Assembly: GCA_963764725.1 (NCBI GenBank)
Contig: CAVXTM010000016.1
Coordinates: forward strand, 288,001 to 352,000
Reading direction: 5' to 3'
DNA length: 64,000 nt
Source of the DNA: an uncultured Gammaproteobacteria bacterium
GTDB taxonomy: Bacteria; Pseudomonadota; Gammaproteobacteria; JACCXJ01
The position numbers and the translations under genes were made by a program. The notes under the pieces are model-generated. The model saw nothing but the letters and a program-made list of their open reading frames with translations. It had not been told where the DNA came from and made no database searches. How positions within the stretch are numbered: the first letter of the stretch is position 1; each line of letters begins with the position of its first letter. Shown in pieces: positions 54,379 through 64,000 of the stretch.

Positions 54379-55869
54379 ATGCCGTTCCCGCTTAAGCTCC
54401 AACAACATAAGACACTTCCCGGTAAAACGGCCCTCGATGCGCTAGAGCACTGGATCGCGTTGCTTCCGGCCGCGGAATTCGAGCAAACCTGCAAGACGCT
54501 GCCGTACGGTGATTTTATCCTGCGTGTATGCCGCCGAACCGAAAAGCCACAGCGGGATCGCGTGCCCGTGGTCTTGAATCTACCGAACGGTATCGCATCT
54601 CAACTATGTATCGCGGCCGCCGGGAATACGATGGCCGCTTTCGATCTACTGACGCTCGCACGCCGGTTGGTGGCGGACCCGCTACGCGGCGGGCCGTCCG
54701 AGATCGGTATCGTCATCGCGGGATTTCATGGCGCAGAGGCCACACGCATGGCCGAGGCGCTGCTGGCGGCCGTGCTGGCGGCGATCGCGGAGATGCCTCG
54801 CTACAAGCGTTCGCGGCAGGAGCGGCAGGCGCTCAAACTCGTACGCTTGTACGGTGCCGAGCCAAACGATGGGTATGAGCGGACCTTCGCGGAGGCTGAA
54901 GGTAATAATCTTGCCCGCTACCTCACCGGTCTGCCGCCTAATGCGTTGACGCCGCGCCTCTATCGCAAACGGGTAGCGGTGCTCGCCAAGGAAAACGGCT
55001 GGAGGATGGAATTCCTGGACAGTCGAGCGCTCATGAAAAAAAAAGCCGGTGCCTTCTTGGCCGTGGCCCAAGGAAGTCCCGAACCGGACGCGGGCATCAT
55101 CCACCTTCAATATCACCCAGCCCGCAAGCGCGAACGGGGCAGTGTCACGCTGGTCGGGAAAGGGATCTGTTTTGACACCGGGGGTGTGAATCTCAAACCC
55201 GCGAGCTTCATGCTCGGCATGCACAAGGATATGCAAGGCAGCGCGGTGGCGCTCGGGACCTTGCTTGCCTTGACGCGCTTGCAGGTCCCCTTTCCGGTGC
55301 ACTGTTGGATGGCGTTGGCGACCAACCACATCGGATCGCGCGCGTATAAACCCAATGATGTGGTGACGGCCTCGGACGGGACCACCATCGAGATCATCAA
55401 CACGGACGCCGAGGGACGCATGGTATTGGCGGATACGCTCGCGCTCGCCTCGGGCGAAAAGCCGGCCTTGGTAATTGATTTTGCGACTTTGACCGGAGCA
55501 TGCAAGCGCGCGCTCGGCAATGCGTACAGCGGCGTGTTTACCAATCGGCCCGCGTATCTGCCGGCCTTAATCGCGGCCGGAAGCGACAGCGGCGAGCGCG
55601 TATGGCCGTTTCCGGTTGATAAAGATTATGACGAATTCCTAGAAAGCACCGTGGCGGACACCAAGCAATGCCACGAAGAAGGCGTCGCCGATCACATCGT
55701 CGCGGCGCGCTTTCTACAGCGCTTCGTCAAGCGCGATATCCCCTGGATACACGTGGATCTCTCCAGCGGAACGCACAAGGGCGGCCTGGCGCATGTCCCG
55801 AGTGATATCACCGGCTTCGGCGTGAGGTTCGCGCTTAACCTCCTATTGGACAAAAAGCTGATCGGCTAG
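54379..55869 (+). CDS. M17 leucyl aminopeptidase family protein
   Basis: GKGICFDTGG, MHKDMQG, NTDAEGR, ATLTG. Confidence 0.92.
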   Translation: MPFPLKLQQHKTLPGKTALDALEHWIALLPAAEFEQTCKTLPYGDFILRVCRRTEKPQRDRVPVVLNLPNGIASQLCIAAAGNTMAAFDLLTLARRLVADPLRGGPSEIGIVIAGFHGAEATRMAEALLAAVLAAIAEMPRYKRSRQERQALKLVRLYGAEPNDGYERTFAEAEGNNLARYLTGLPPNALTPRLYRKRVAVLAKENGWRMEFLDSRALMKKKAGAFLAVAQGSPEPDAGIIHLQYHPARKRERGSVTLVGKGICFDTGGVNLKPASFMLGMHKDMQGSAVALGTLLALTRLQVPFPVHCWMALATNHIGSRAYKPNDVVTASDGTTIEIINTDAEGRMVLADTLALASGEKPALVIDFATLTGACKRALGNAYSGVFTNRPAYLPALIAAGSDSGERVWPFPVDKDYDEFLESTVADTKQCHEEGVADHIVAARFLQRFVKRDIPWIHVDLSSGTHKGGLAHVPSDITGFGVRFALNLLLDKKLIG

Positions 55870-56048
55870 CCGTTTCTTATATATCAAGAGTTGATGTTAC
55901 TTACATGGGATCCGCCTCGGACCGGCCAGCAGCCGTTTGTCCCGCATGGAACCCCTGTTCGGAGACCCAGCGTTCGACCCAAAGCCTTTCGCAGCGCGGC
56001 TATCCGAACCGAGCTCCAGAGTTGGGTGTTTGAGCTTGCCGCATGTGT

Positions 56049-56261
56049 TCAATCCACGTGGTACTGGGAGAGCAAGTCTCTGCCCTTGCGTGTCAGGTAT
56101 CCATCCTCACTGATGTAGCCAAGATGGGTCGCCAGAGAATATACTTCTCTGGGCATGCCGGGGGGCAAATAGATAGTCCCGTCGCCGAACCGGTGACTGA
56201 GAAGTCGTGCAAGCTCAGCTGGAGTCGGTTCCACCTGCCGCCGAGCGGTTAACGCGTGCAT
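56049..56261 (-). CDS. Small hypothetical protein (70 aa)
   Basis: Strong RBS GGAGGTGA; protein-like sequence ending LGYISEDGYLTRKGRDLL. Confidence 0.6.
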   Translation of the reverse strand: MHALTARRQVEPTPAELARLLSHRFGDGTIYLPPGMPREVYSLATHLGYISEDGYLTRKGRDLLSQYHVD

Positions 56262-56881
56262 GCGATCACCTCCGTTTCAATTTTCCCTCGTCACGGTCTG
56301 TGTACTGGATGATTGTCCCCAGCTACCCTCATATCCAAAAGGGGGTAACGGGGTCTCACGGGTTCCGAACAAACAATTCCGCGTTGAAGGTTTAAGCCGT
56401 CTTAACGTTGCATATGTGCGACAGAGTATATCAAGAATGTAGCTGAGACACAACAACCCGATTGTTGATGGGTCTCTCCACGTAGACCAAGGACGGCCGC
56501 AGTGCCAGCCGGCGGCGACGTGGATGCAGCGCTTTTAGTTGGTGTTTGTGAAACATGGGGTCTTCATCACGTTACATTTGTTCAACCGTCTAAGCCATAT
56601 AAAGCGTTGGTTTTGCGCTACTAAACAAACTCTTGCTTACAACATCGACATCCAAAAAACCCCACGAGTGTCCGCAAACCCGCGCCTTCCCGCAAAGAAA
56701 AAGGCCAACCGCGAGTGGATGGGTTGAAATGGTGGTGGGACGGCACCCGGCGTCCAACACCGCTCATAGTGCGGATGCGGCGTGGTGCTAGTCGGAGCGA
56801 ACTGCGTAGGAAGATAAGCGGGTTCCGCGTGGAAGGTGCAGGTCTCTGCGTGCGATAACCACTACACCTCGCCACCCTCGA

Positions 56882-56904
56882 TTCGATTCCCGTACGGGTA
56901 ACCA
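56882..56904 (+). other. tRNA 3'-end fragment (Glu-like), possible att scar
   Basis: TTCGATT-CCCGT-ACGGGTA-A-CCA (T loop, T-stem 3' strand, acceptor 3' strand, CCA) with no 5' half. Confidence 0.5.
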
Positions 56905-57241
56905 CATTAGACGGGCGCTGAACGACGACCTGCGGTTAGCTACGCTCCCCGATGCGCGCTGTCGCGGTTTGTGGTTCCAGGCTCTGTGAGCCCCGATTTC
57001 GCCGGCCCGCTTGGCCTGACAACCTACGGGTAGCGGTCGCGGTGCAATAGATAGCTCCGAACGCCGTCCCTAGGTCGGTATGCTACACTGGCTGTCGCAG
57101 CCCGCTTGACCACCGGCTCAAGCCGGGATCGCTCCTCGCTCTTGCGGGCGTTCGTGGTGCGCGCGGTTTGGCCGAAAGCCTTAGGCATAGGTTCGTTACT
57201 AAAAAGCTGTCGTAGGACTACATTTGAGTAGAGTCTTGCTC

Positions 57242-57781
57242 ATGAGCGTGACCAGCAGCAAGAACTTTGGGCCAATCCGTGATGATTACCTCTTTTTTGA
57301 AGAGCATGCCACGGAAGCCGCTGAGGATTTACGCGCCTGCATGCCCCACGTGCACGCCTTGGCGACGGAGAGTGGGCCAATTCGCGTGTTGGATTTCGGT
57401 TCTGGCTCGGGGCGATTCTCCTCCCAATTTCTCGCCCTGGCTAGATTTCCTCAGGAGCGATTGTGGCTCTCCCTGGTGGAACCGGAAGAGGCCCTGATTG
57501 GTAAACCTGTCCCTTTCCATACGGCCGAAGACCTTGAGGTTACCCTGGCCAAACAGCGAGAGGTTTACCGCAAACAGGATATACAGTACGAGCTGGTCTT
57601 TCCGGATTCGGAGGAGAATCGCTTGAAAATCCTGCGGTTCTTGTTGGGGAGCTATTTCGATGAAGTCCCGCGTCACGCCATGGTGGACCTCTTCAATCCT
57701 TATGCCCATGCCGACAGGATTGTAATACAGACTGCGCATGAGCAGTTTGTCATTCGGCACCAAGGAAAGAGGCCGGAATAA
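57242..57781 (+). pseudogene. Class I SAM methyltransferase, probably internally deleted
   Basis: VLDFGSGSG and LVEP motifs, then an abrupt jump; central motifs are missing. Confidence 0.55.
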
Positions 57782-58008
57782 AGGGATATTTGTAAGTTAT
57801 TCTCATTGCGCCTGCTTCGCAGGGGTGCGTTACGCGCCCCGTGAAGCCGAGTAGGAGACGACGTAAATACAGCGCGTATCTGGATATTATGATGGCTTGC
57901 GCCGTACCATCGGGGCGCGCTCCTCGTGCTTTCGTGATCCGCCGAGATTGCAGCTTGAACAAAAACTCACGTATGCGTTTTTGGGAACCACACGCTACCA
58001 ATTCCATC

Positions 58009-58827
58009 ATGAGTTCGTACCAACAACCGCCGGCCAGCAAACAGTGGAACACCGCGCTCTACGATAGCAAAGCAAACTTCGTCTGGAAGTACGGACGCGG
58101 CGTTGTCGAGTTACTTGCCCCGCGGCCGGGAGAACGAATCCTTGACCTCGGCTGCGGGACTGGCCACCTGACGAACCTGATCGCTCAGGCGGGCGCTGAG
58201 GTCATCGGACTCGACAGATCGGAGTCGATGATCGCTCAGGCACGCTCGCTTTTCCCCCAGCTTCGCTTCGAACTCGGCGACGGCGCCGACTTTCATTTCG
58301 ACCAGTCGTTCGATGCCGTCTTCTCGAACGCGGCGATTCACTGGATGCTAGACCAAACTGCAGTTGCGCGCCGCATCTGGCAAGCGTTGAAGCCGGGCGG
58401 CCGTTTTGTCGCAGAATTCGGCGGTAAAGGAAACGTCGAGGCGATTCGCGCGGCCCTGCGCGAAGCTATTGAAGTGGCAGGCGAGCGCGTTGGGTTAGAA
58501 CCGTTCGCGCGCTACTATCCGAGCATCGCCGAGCATGCAGCGCTTCTTGAGGCGCAAGGCTTTCGCGTGACCTTCGCCTCGCACTTTGATCGGCCCACAC
58601 AACTCGACGACGGTGGGGCTGGACTTCGCAACTGGTTGTTCACCTTCGCGGATAATGTTGTTGAGTCGCTGCCCGCTAGCAAACGCGATCAGATCATCGC
58701 CGCAGTAGAAGACGGGCTGCGCTCGCGGTTGTTCAGGGACGGGAGTTGGTACGCCGACTACCGGCGGATCCGCATCGCGGCGACTAAATCAGAGGGTCGG
58801 GGGTTCGAGTCCCTCCGGGCGCCATAA
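58009..58827 (+). CDS. Class I SAM methyltransferase (Tam-like)
   Basis: ILDLGCGTG, FDAVFSNAAIHW, LKPGGRFVAEFGGKGN, WYADYRRIR. Confidence 0.88.
   Translation: MSSYQQPPASKQWNTALYDSKANFVWKYGRGVVELLAPRPGERILDLGCGTGHLTNLIAQAGAEVIGLDRSESMIAQARSLFPQLRFELGDGADFHFDQSFDAVFSNAAIHWMLDQTAVARRIWQALKPGGRFVAEFGGKGNVEAIRAALREAIEVAGERVGLEPFARYYPSIAEHAALLEAQGFRVTFASHFDRPTQLDDGGAGLRNWLFTFADNVVESLPASKRDQIIAAVEDGLRSRLFRDGSWYADYRRIRIAATKSEGRGFESLRAP
58782..58824 (+). other. tRNA 3'-half fragment (Arg-like), probable att scar
   Basis: AATCAGA-GGGTC-GGGGG-TTCGAGT-CCCTC-CGGGCGC-CA with an intact T arm and no D arm. Confidence 0.65.
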
Positions 58828-59214
58828 AATCCATTAGTTAGCGCGGTTTGATCAAAACAGCATTAATAGATTTCGTCCCGCAAGAAAATTCCTTCTGCAA
58901 GTCAATTACATTGGCCCAGTGACGTAGTTTCTTCTCACAAGACACGGAGAGCCGAAGGCGAAGCCCGCGATAGGCGCGGCAGTGTCGTCGTCCGAGAGAA
59001 CCCGGAGGATTCAGTTAGCCCGTCTAAGTTCCCTGTTGGATCTCAGGACACAACCTCGGTACGGAGGGCACAGCGATGAGCATGCGACAGGTAGCACTCT
59101 ATGCAGCCTGCGACCGATTAAGAGACGCGGCACCCGCGAAGCCGAGTACCCCAGCGACATCCCGCAGTCATCCGTTTAGAAAAACGTCGGTTCGTTTGCC
59201 GGTGCACCGGTCGT

Positions 59215-59460
59215 TCAATTTACGGGGTGAGACCGAACCCAACGCACGATATCCTGCGCGCCCATCGCCCCCGGTTGCCGCGCGATCTCGCGTCCGCCTT
59301 TGAACAGCCCGAGCGTCGGGATACTGCGGATGTTATAGCGGATAGCGAGTGCTGGTTCGGCATCGGAATTTACTTTGGCCAAACGATAGTGCGGTTCGAG
59401 CAGTGCGGCCGCCCGCTCGTAAGCCGGCGCCATTGCCTGGCACGGACCGCACCACGGGGG
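59215..59460 (-). pseudogene. trxC: Thioredoxin C-terminal fragment
   Basis: PWCGPCQAMAP..LAKVN..IRSIPTL..GGREIARQPGAM; N-terminus missing. Confidence 0.75.
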
Positions 59461-59893
59461 AACGCTTTCGGAGATCGCTGCACAAGGCCGTAGGTCAGGG
59501 CCACCAGGCCGAAGAGTATAAAGACCGTAGTGATCGGGTGCTCCGCAATCACTGAACGATTTCGCCGGATTACGCAGTCACTTAAACCCCCCGCACTGCA
59601 GCTGGTTTAGTGACTAAGATTCGAGCGACCATTACAACATTCAAACTTCAAGGATGCGTCTTGCTTTCATATTTCAGCAAACTTTAGGACAACACCGTTG
59701 TCAGAGCGGCTACAACAAGGATTCGGTGTTACTCTAATCCACTGAACCATGAAGGAATCGCTCTGTTTAGCAATCACGATCAACGATTGTCAAGCGAGGG
59801 ATGCATGCTGGGCAACCACTATGTACTCCGTCACAAGATCTGGACTCTCCACTGATCGGATCAAGGGGATTAACGACTGGTGATTTCTAAAAC

Positions 59894-61333
59894 ATGAAAT
59901 CCACGTGTCCGATTAAGGTGAGTGGGTGGGTTCACAAATTAGCTCTTGTCTTAATGTTGGCGACATTTTGTATATCAACAGCGAGGATCACGGAGGCTGT
60001 TGAAACTCTCAGGTCTATTAACGTTAGTGAATTCGGCGAAGTAACTTTTTTTGGCCCGCAGCAGGTTGTCCCACGAGGCTTTGCCTTTCTGTTTTCTGGC
60101 GAAGACGGTCTTAATGTACACGATCAGACGGCAATTGATCGGTTAATGGAGAACGGTGTTGTAGTCGCCGCTATCAATTCACGTATCGCGCTCAAAAAGA
60201 TGGAGTCGCTCGAGGCGGGACAAGGGTGTATAGATTTGGCCCGTTCCTTACAAAGAGTGAGCCAAGGTGCGCAAACCGATTGGAAGTTCGGCCAGTATCA
60301 TCCACCTGTTCTGTTAGGTCGCGGGATTGGAGGGGCGCTGGTTTACGTTGCTCTCGCTCAAGCGTGGCCCTATTTGTTTGCCGGTGGGATAAGCGTCGAT
60401 ATCACCCCGACTATCAAGCTTGATCCAACACTGTGCGGTTTGATGACCAGCGCCGTTAATGCCGGACAGGGGTTAACCCCTCCATCGCGGCCGTTGCAGA
60501 GCATGTGGCAGCTCGGTAGTACAGGGCTAATCTCCCCAGACGTATTAGCATTGGCACTTGCTGTTACACGTGCTAACGATGCCGGAAAGGTACAAGTCGT
60601 TGGACCAAAAACGTTAGCAGCGCTCTATTACAACGCGGTTGATTTTTTCCTCAAACAAGCCACACCTGAAACAGGTCGACCGAGTTCTCTCGTCTCATTG
60701 CCGATCGCCGAGATTTCCAATGATGCTGCGGAAAACACGCTTGTAATTGTCTATTCCAACGACGCGGGGTGGCAAGTCATAGAACGCGGGCTCGTGGATG
60801 TATTTAAGAATGAGGGCTATGCGGTGCTGGGGATCGACGGATCACGTTATTTCTGGTCGCAAAAAACTCCAGCGAGTTTGGCGCAGGACCTCGCTCACAT
60901 TATGGAATATTACCAGTACAAGTGGGGTGTTGACCGCGTCGTCCTTGTTGGTTATACGTCTGGGGCTACTGTTCTACCCTTTGCGTACAATCGTCTCGCT
61001 GCCAAGTTTCAGAATTCAGTTAGTCTTATGGCGCTCGTTTCGCCAAAACGAGCTGCGCAGTTCGTTGTAGCTAGGGGCGGCTGGCTCAGCGACAAACCGC
61101 GACCGGTACTCTGGCCGCTGGAACCGGAGATACGGGAGCTCGATCTAGATCGGGTCCAATGTATCTACGCACACATTGAAGCGAATGATAGCCTCTGCAC
61201 AACAACGGCGATGCGCAAAGTGGAACTTATCGAGGAGCTCCGAATAGACCCCCGCCTTCCGGAGACGGGTAGCGCTCTTGCAGAGTTCATCATTTCACGT
61301 ATTGAGCGGAGTAGGCAAGGAGATTCGCAATAG
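59894..61333 (+). CDS. acvB: AcvB/VirJ-like two-domain exported protein with altered catalytic motifs
   Basis: FSGEDG, YSNDAGW, GIDGSRYFWSQKTP, LVGYTSGATVLP, QCIY; more AT-rich than the flanks. Confidence 0.75.
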   Translation: MKSTCPIKVSGWVHKLALVLMLATFCISTARITEAVETLRSINVSEFGEVTFFGPQQVVPRGFAFLFSGEDGLNVHDQTAIDRLMENGVVVAAINSRIALKKMESLEAGQGCIDLARSLQRVSQGAQTDWKFGQYHPPVLLGRGIGGALVYVALAQAWPYLFAGGISVDITPTIKLDPTLCGLMTSAVNAGQGLTPPSRPLQSMWQLGSTGLISPDVLALALAVTRANDAGKVQVVGPKTLAALYYNAVDFFLKQATPETGRPSSLVSLPIAEISNDAAENTLVIVYSNDAGWQVIERGLVDVFKNEGYAVLGIDGSRYFWSQKTPASLAQDLAHIMEYYQYKWGVDRVVLVGYTSGATVLPFAYNRLAAKFQNSVSLMALVSPKRAAQFVVARGGWLSDKPRPVLWPLEPEIRELDLDRVQCIYAHIEANDSLCTTTAMRKVELIEELRIDPRLPETGSALAEFIISRIERSRQGDSQ

Positions 61334-61399
61334 AGTTGTGCCCCAAATTCCTTTCTGCCAAGTTCGCTGCCGCATTCTTAAATACTGTTTTGGCTAGGG

Positions 61400-61745
61400 C
61401 TAGGGGGAACGCGTGTAGTTCGATAGCATTGGTATGATTACCGCCAAGATCCGGCACTTCGATGATCGTGCTGTGGTCAGGTGCCCTCTGAATCTCCCGC
61501 CCCTGCGGCGTGTCCATCTCTAGACCGAGGTGGGTTCGCCACCGATGGTAAAGTACCTCCTGAGGATCCTCTGTGGGGCCGTGATCACTTCTTTAATGAG
61601 GAGGCTCCGCACGCGGCGGCGGAATCGCTCACCATAGATGGCATCGCGATCGCGAAGCAGATAGCGCGGTGCGGTTTCCCACGGAAAGGCCTCGACCATT
61701 TTTTGTCCCACCGATTGGGCCGTTGGGTGCTCCGGGAAGGACAAC
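61400..61745 (-). mobile_element. Degenerate IS transposase (integrase-core) remnant
   Basis: EHPTAQ..EAFPWETAPRYLLRDRDAIYG..APQ, then in another frame YHRWRTHLGLEMDTP..VPDLGG. Confidence 0.8.
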
Positions 61746-62079
61746 ACAAAACACAAATTCCAACCGCATCCTGGGCATGTATTACGGGCGGCCGATTTGA
61801 TGGCTCCCATTGAAATCGCGGAAGACTTCACGCTGGGCATGCTCATGGACGCTGTCTTCTTCGACCTCGCTGCGAAGAGCACCAGTAGGAATAAATTGAC
61901 TATTGAAGAAGAGACAGAAAGAATGACGAAGGAAACCCGAGACGGTTCTCAGGCTATTTAATTAAACTAAGGTATAAATAACATGATTCGAAAGATCGGT
62001 ATTGTTGGTGCACTTATTTTCGGGCACCAGCGTTACCGGCACGAGTCCGGCGATTGGGAACGCTGAGGCAGGACTCCAG

Positions 62080-62104
62080 GAAGGGCCGGGCAGTCCGGCC
62101 CTTC
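62080..62104. terminator. GC-rich hairpin
   Basis: GAAGGGCCGG-GCAGT-CCGGCCCTTC followed by TAGTTT. Confidence 0.45.
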
Positions 62105-62268
62105 TAGTTTAGAATTGATGTGGTCTGGCGGCGTCACCATTGATGTGCTGAACGGAGTGGAGCGTGAGCCTGGTGAGGGGTATTTGATGCACCCCAACGG
62201 TCAGATAAACGATTCCCTCTGCACAAACTGAAAGCCCCCTGCATCGTGAATAGGGCCAATCCATTCCC

Positions 62269-63759
62269 ATGAGCACGACCCCAGGGACTGTATCGGGCCC
62301 ACATTCGCCGCACCCCGACTCACCGGCCAAGCGCGGAGAGTTCGGCGGGGCGATGCCGTGGTTATTGGTGATTACCCTGGTGCTGGCTGGAGGCAGCGGC
62401 CTTTGGCTGTGGAAGGCGCACGCGCCGGACGCCGCCGTTGCTGCGCCGCAGACCTCCGGTCAGCCGGGCGGTAGTTCGGACCAGCGTCGCTTCGATAGTG
62501 CTAAGGGCACACAGCCGGTATCCGTGCAGGCCGCGCGGCGGCAGGACATCCGGGTGACGGTCGACGCCATCGGCAGCATTGCCGCGTCGAACACGGCCAT
62601 AGTGCGCGCCCAGGTCAGCGGCGTGCTGCAAAGCCTGAACTTCAGGGAAGGCCAGCAGGTCCAGGCCGGCCAGCTGCTGGCGCAGATCGACCCGCGCGCC
62701 TTCCAGGCCAGTCTGGGCCAGGCTGAGGGCGCGCTGGCGCGTGACATGGCGCAGCTGGAAGGCGCGCGGGTCGATCTCGTGCGCTACCAGGACCTATTCA
62801 CCAAAGACGCTGTCGCCAAGCAGCAGGTGGACACCCAGGAGGCGCTGGTGCGGCAGCTCGACGGCACCGTCAAGCTCGACCAGGCCGCCGTGGACAGCGC
62901 GCGGCTTCAACTGTCCTACACCCGTGTCACGGCGCCGATTGCCGGCCGGGTTGGCCTGAAGCAGGCCGACCTCGGCAACGTGGTGCAGCCCACCGACGCC
63001 AACGGCATCGTCATCATCACGCAGACGCGGCCGATTGCGCTGACCTTCGCCGTACCTGCGGCTCATGTGCCGCGGATCACCGCGCGGCTGCACGCCAGCG
63101 AGCCGCTGCCGGTCGAGGCCTGGGACAGCGGCGGCAAGACGCGGCTGGCCGTGGGCCAGGTGGCAACGCTGGACAACGCGATTGATGCGAGCACCGACAC
63201 GATCAAGGTCAAGGCGCTCTTCGCCAATGACGATGACGCGCTGTTTCCCAACCAGGCGGTGAGCGTGCGGCTGCAACTCGACGTGCTGAAGGATGTGCTG
63301 GCGGTGCCGCAGGCCGCCGTGTTGCGCGGTGCGCAGGGTTTCTACGTCTATGTGGTCAAGGCCGACCACTCGGTGAGCACGCGCGTGGTCACGCCCGGCG
63401 CGGTGGACGGCGAGTGGATGGCCGTCGAAGGCCCGCTGCAAGCCGGGGAACCGGTGGTGATTGACGGCGTTGATCGCTTGCGTGAGGGCGCCAAGGTGGA
63501 GGTGATCGCCACCGATCCACAGCAGCGCGCCGGGGCCGCTGCGCCCGCCGGCAGTGGGCGGCACGGGGGGCACGCGGCCGCAGCCGACAGCGCCCCAGGC
63601 GAACACCCACACTGGATGGACCGCGTGCCGCCAGAGATGGCCGGGAAGCTGAAAGCGATGACGTCAGCGCCGCGCCTGGTTCCAGTAGCACCGCGAGGAG
63701 TTGGGCAAGCCCAGCGGCCCCACATCGAACTGACTGTCGAACTGAGCACCGCACCATGA
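62269..63759 (+). CDS. mdtA: RND efflux periplasmic adaptor (MdtA/MuxA type)
   Basis: [40 protein letters not shown]; precedes an mdtB-like gene. Confidence 0.9.
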   Translation: MSTTPGTVSGPHSPHPDSPAKRGEFGGAMPWLLVITLVLAGGSGLWLWKAHAPDAAVAAPQTSGQPGGSSDQRRFDSAKGTQPVSVQAARRQDIRVTVDAIGSIAASNTAIVRAQVSGVLQSLNFREGQQVQAGQLLAQIDPRAFQASLGQAEGALARDMAQLEGARVDLVRYQDLFTKDAVAKQQVDTQEALVRQLDGTVKLDQAAVDSARLQLSYTRVTAPIAGRVGLKQADLGNVVQPTDANGIVIITQTRPIALTFAVPAAHVPRITARLHASEPLPVEAWDSGGKTRLAVGQVATLDNAIDASTDTIKVKALFANDDDALFPNQAVSVRLQLDVLKDVLAVPQAAVLRGAQGFYVYVVKADHSVSTRVVTPGAVDGEWMAVEGPLQAGEPVVIDGVDRLREGAKVEVIATDPQQRAGAAAPAGSGRHGGHAAAADSAPGEHPHWMDRVPPEMAGKLKAMTSAPRLVPVAPRGVGQAQRPHIELTVELSTAP

Positions 63760-64000
63760 ACCCGTCCCGCATCTTCATCGAGCGCCCGGTAGCCACCTCG
63801 CTGCTGATGCTGGCGATCGTGTTGGCCGGGCTGCTGGCCTACCGGCTGCTGCCGCTCTCGGCGCTGCCGGAAGTTGACTACCCGACCATCCAGGTCACCA
63901 CGCTTTATCCAGGTGCGAGCCCGGATGTCATGTCCACCAACATCACCGCGCCGCTGGAGCGCCAGTTCGGCCAGATGCCGGGCCTGAACCAGATGACCAG
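63756..64000 (+). CDS. mdtB: RND efflux permease MdtB/MuxB (partial, runs off the window)
   Basis: [43 protein letters not shown]. Confidence 0.9.
   Translation, partial: MNPSRIFIERPVATSLLMLAIVLAGLLAYRLLPLSALPEVDYPTIQVTTLYPGASPDVMSTNITAPLERQFGQMPGLNQMT

Noticed and set aside
56730-56739. Minus-strand CCCACCACCA resembling a tRNA-Tyr 3' end
   Set aside because: Ten bases with no T arm; insufficient.
56621-56905. 94-aa ORF starting MVTRTGIES
   Set aside because: Typical antisense translation of a tRNA end; not a credible protein.

Overview
A high-GC gammaproteobacterial chromosomal segment. Most of it is housekeeping: modABC, hemF, hisBH, purHD, fis, accBC-aroQ, tlpA-dsbD-cutA, groESL with a perfect CIRCE, gltA, glnE-ilvE, queG, djlA, ettA, fabD, a split aceE/aceF pair, an M17 peptidase and mdtAB. 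The most interesting part is a ~10 kb accessory block (21.3-31.8 kb) that looks like one co-regulated copper/redox envelope system. It encodes a Tat-exported Cys-rich Csp-type copper storage protein behind a long switch-like leader, a membrane/spermidine-synthase-like fusion, an ApbE flavin transferase, a DUF3570 barrel with two SGAT flavinylation motifs probably fused to a His/Met-rich barrel, DUF4266, a TlpA, two frameshifted genes missed by the ORF track, and a divergent protein with a predicted N-terminal His plus an HGC motif. Four promoters in this block share one architecture: a RegA/PrrA-like GCGAC-N5-GTCGC box, 1 bp, -35, 17 bp, -10. One of them fires into an unannotated gap, antisense to csp. 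Frameshifts are dense at 26.5-31.2 kb and may be sequencing error. Also seen: a MITE-like repeat family, two tRNA 3' fragments and gene debris at 56-62 kb, and a catalytically altered AcvB/VirJ homolog. All family assignments come from motif recognition by eye, not from database searches.
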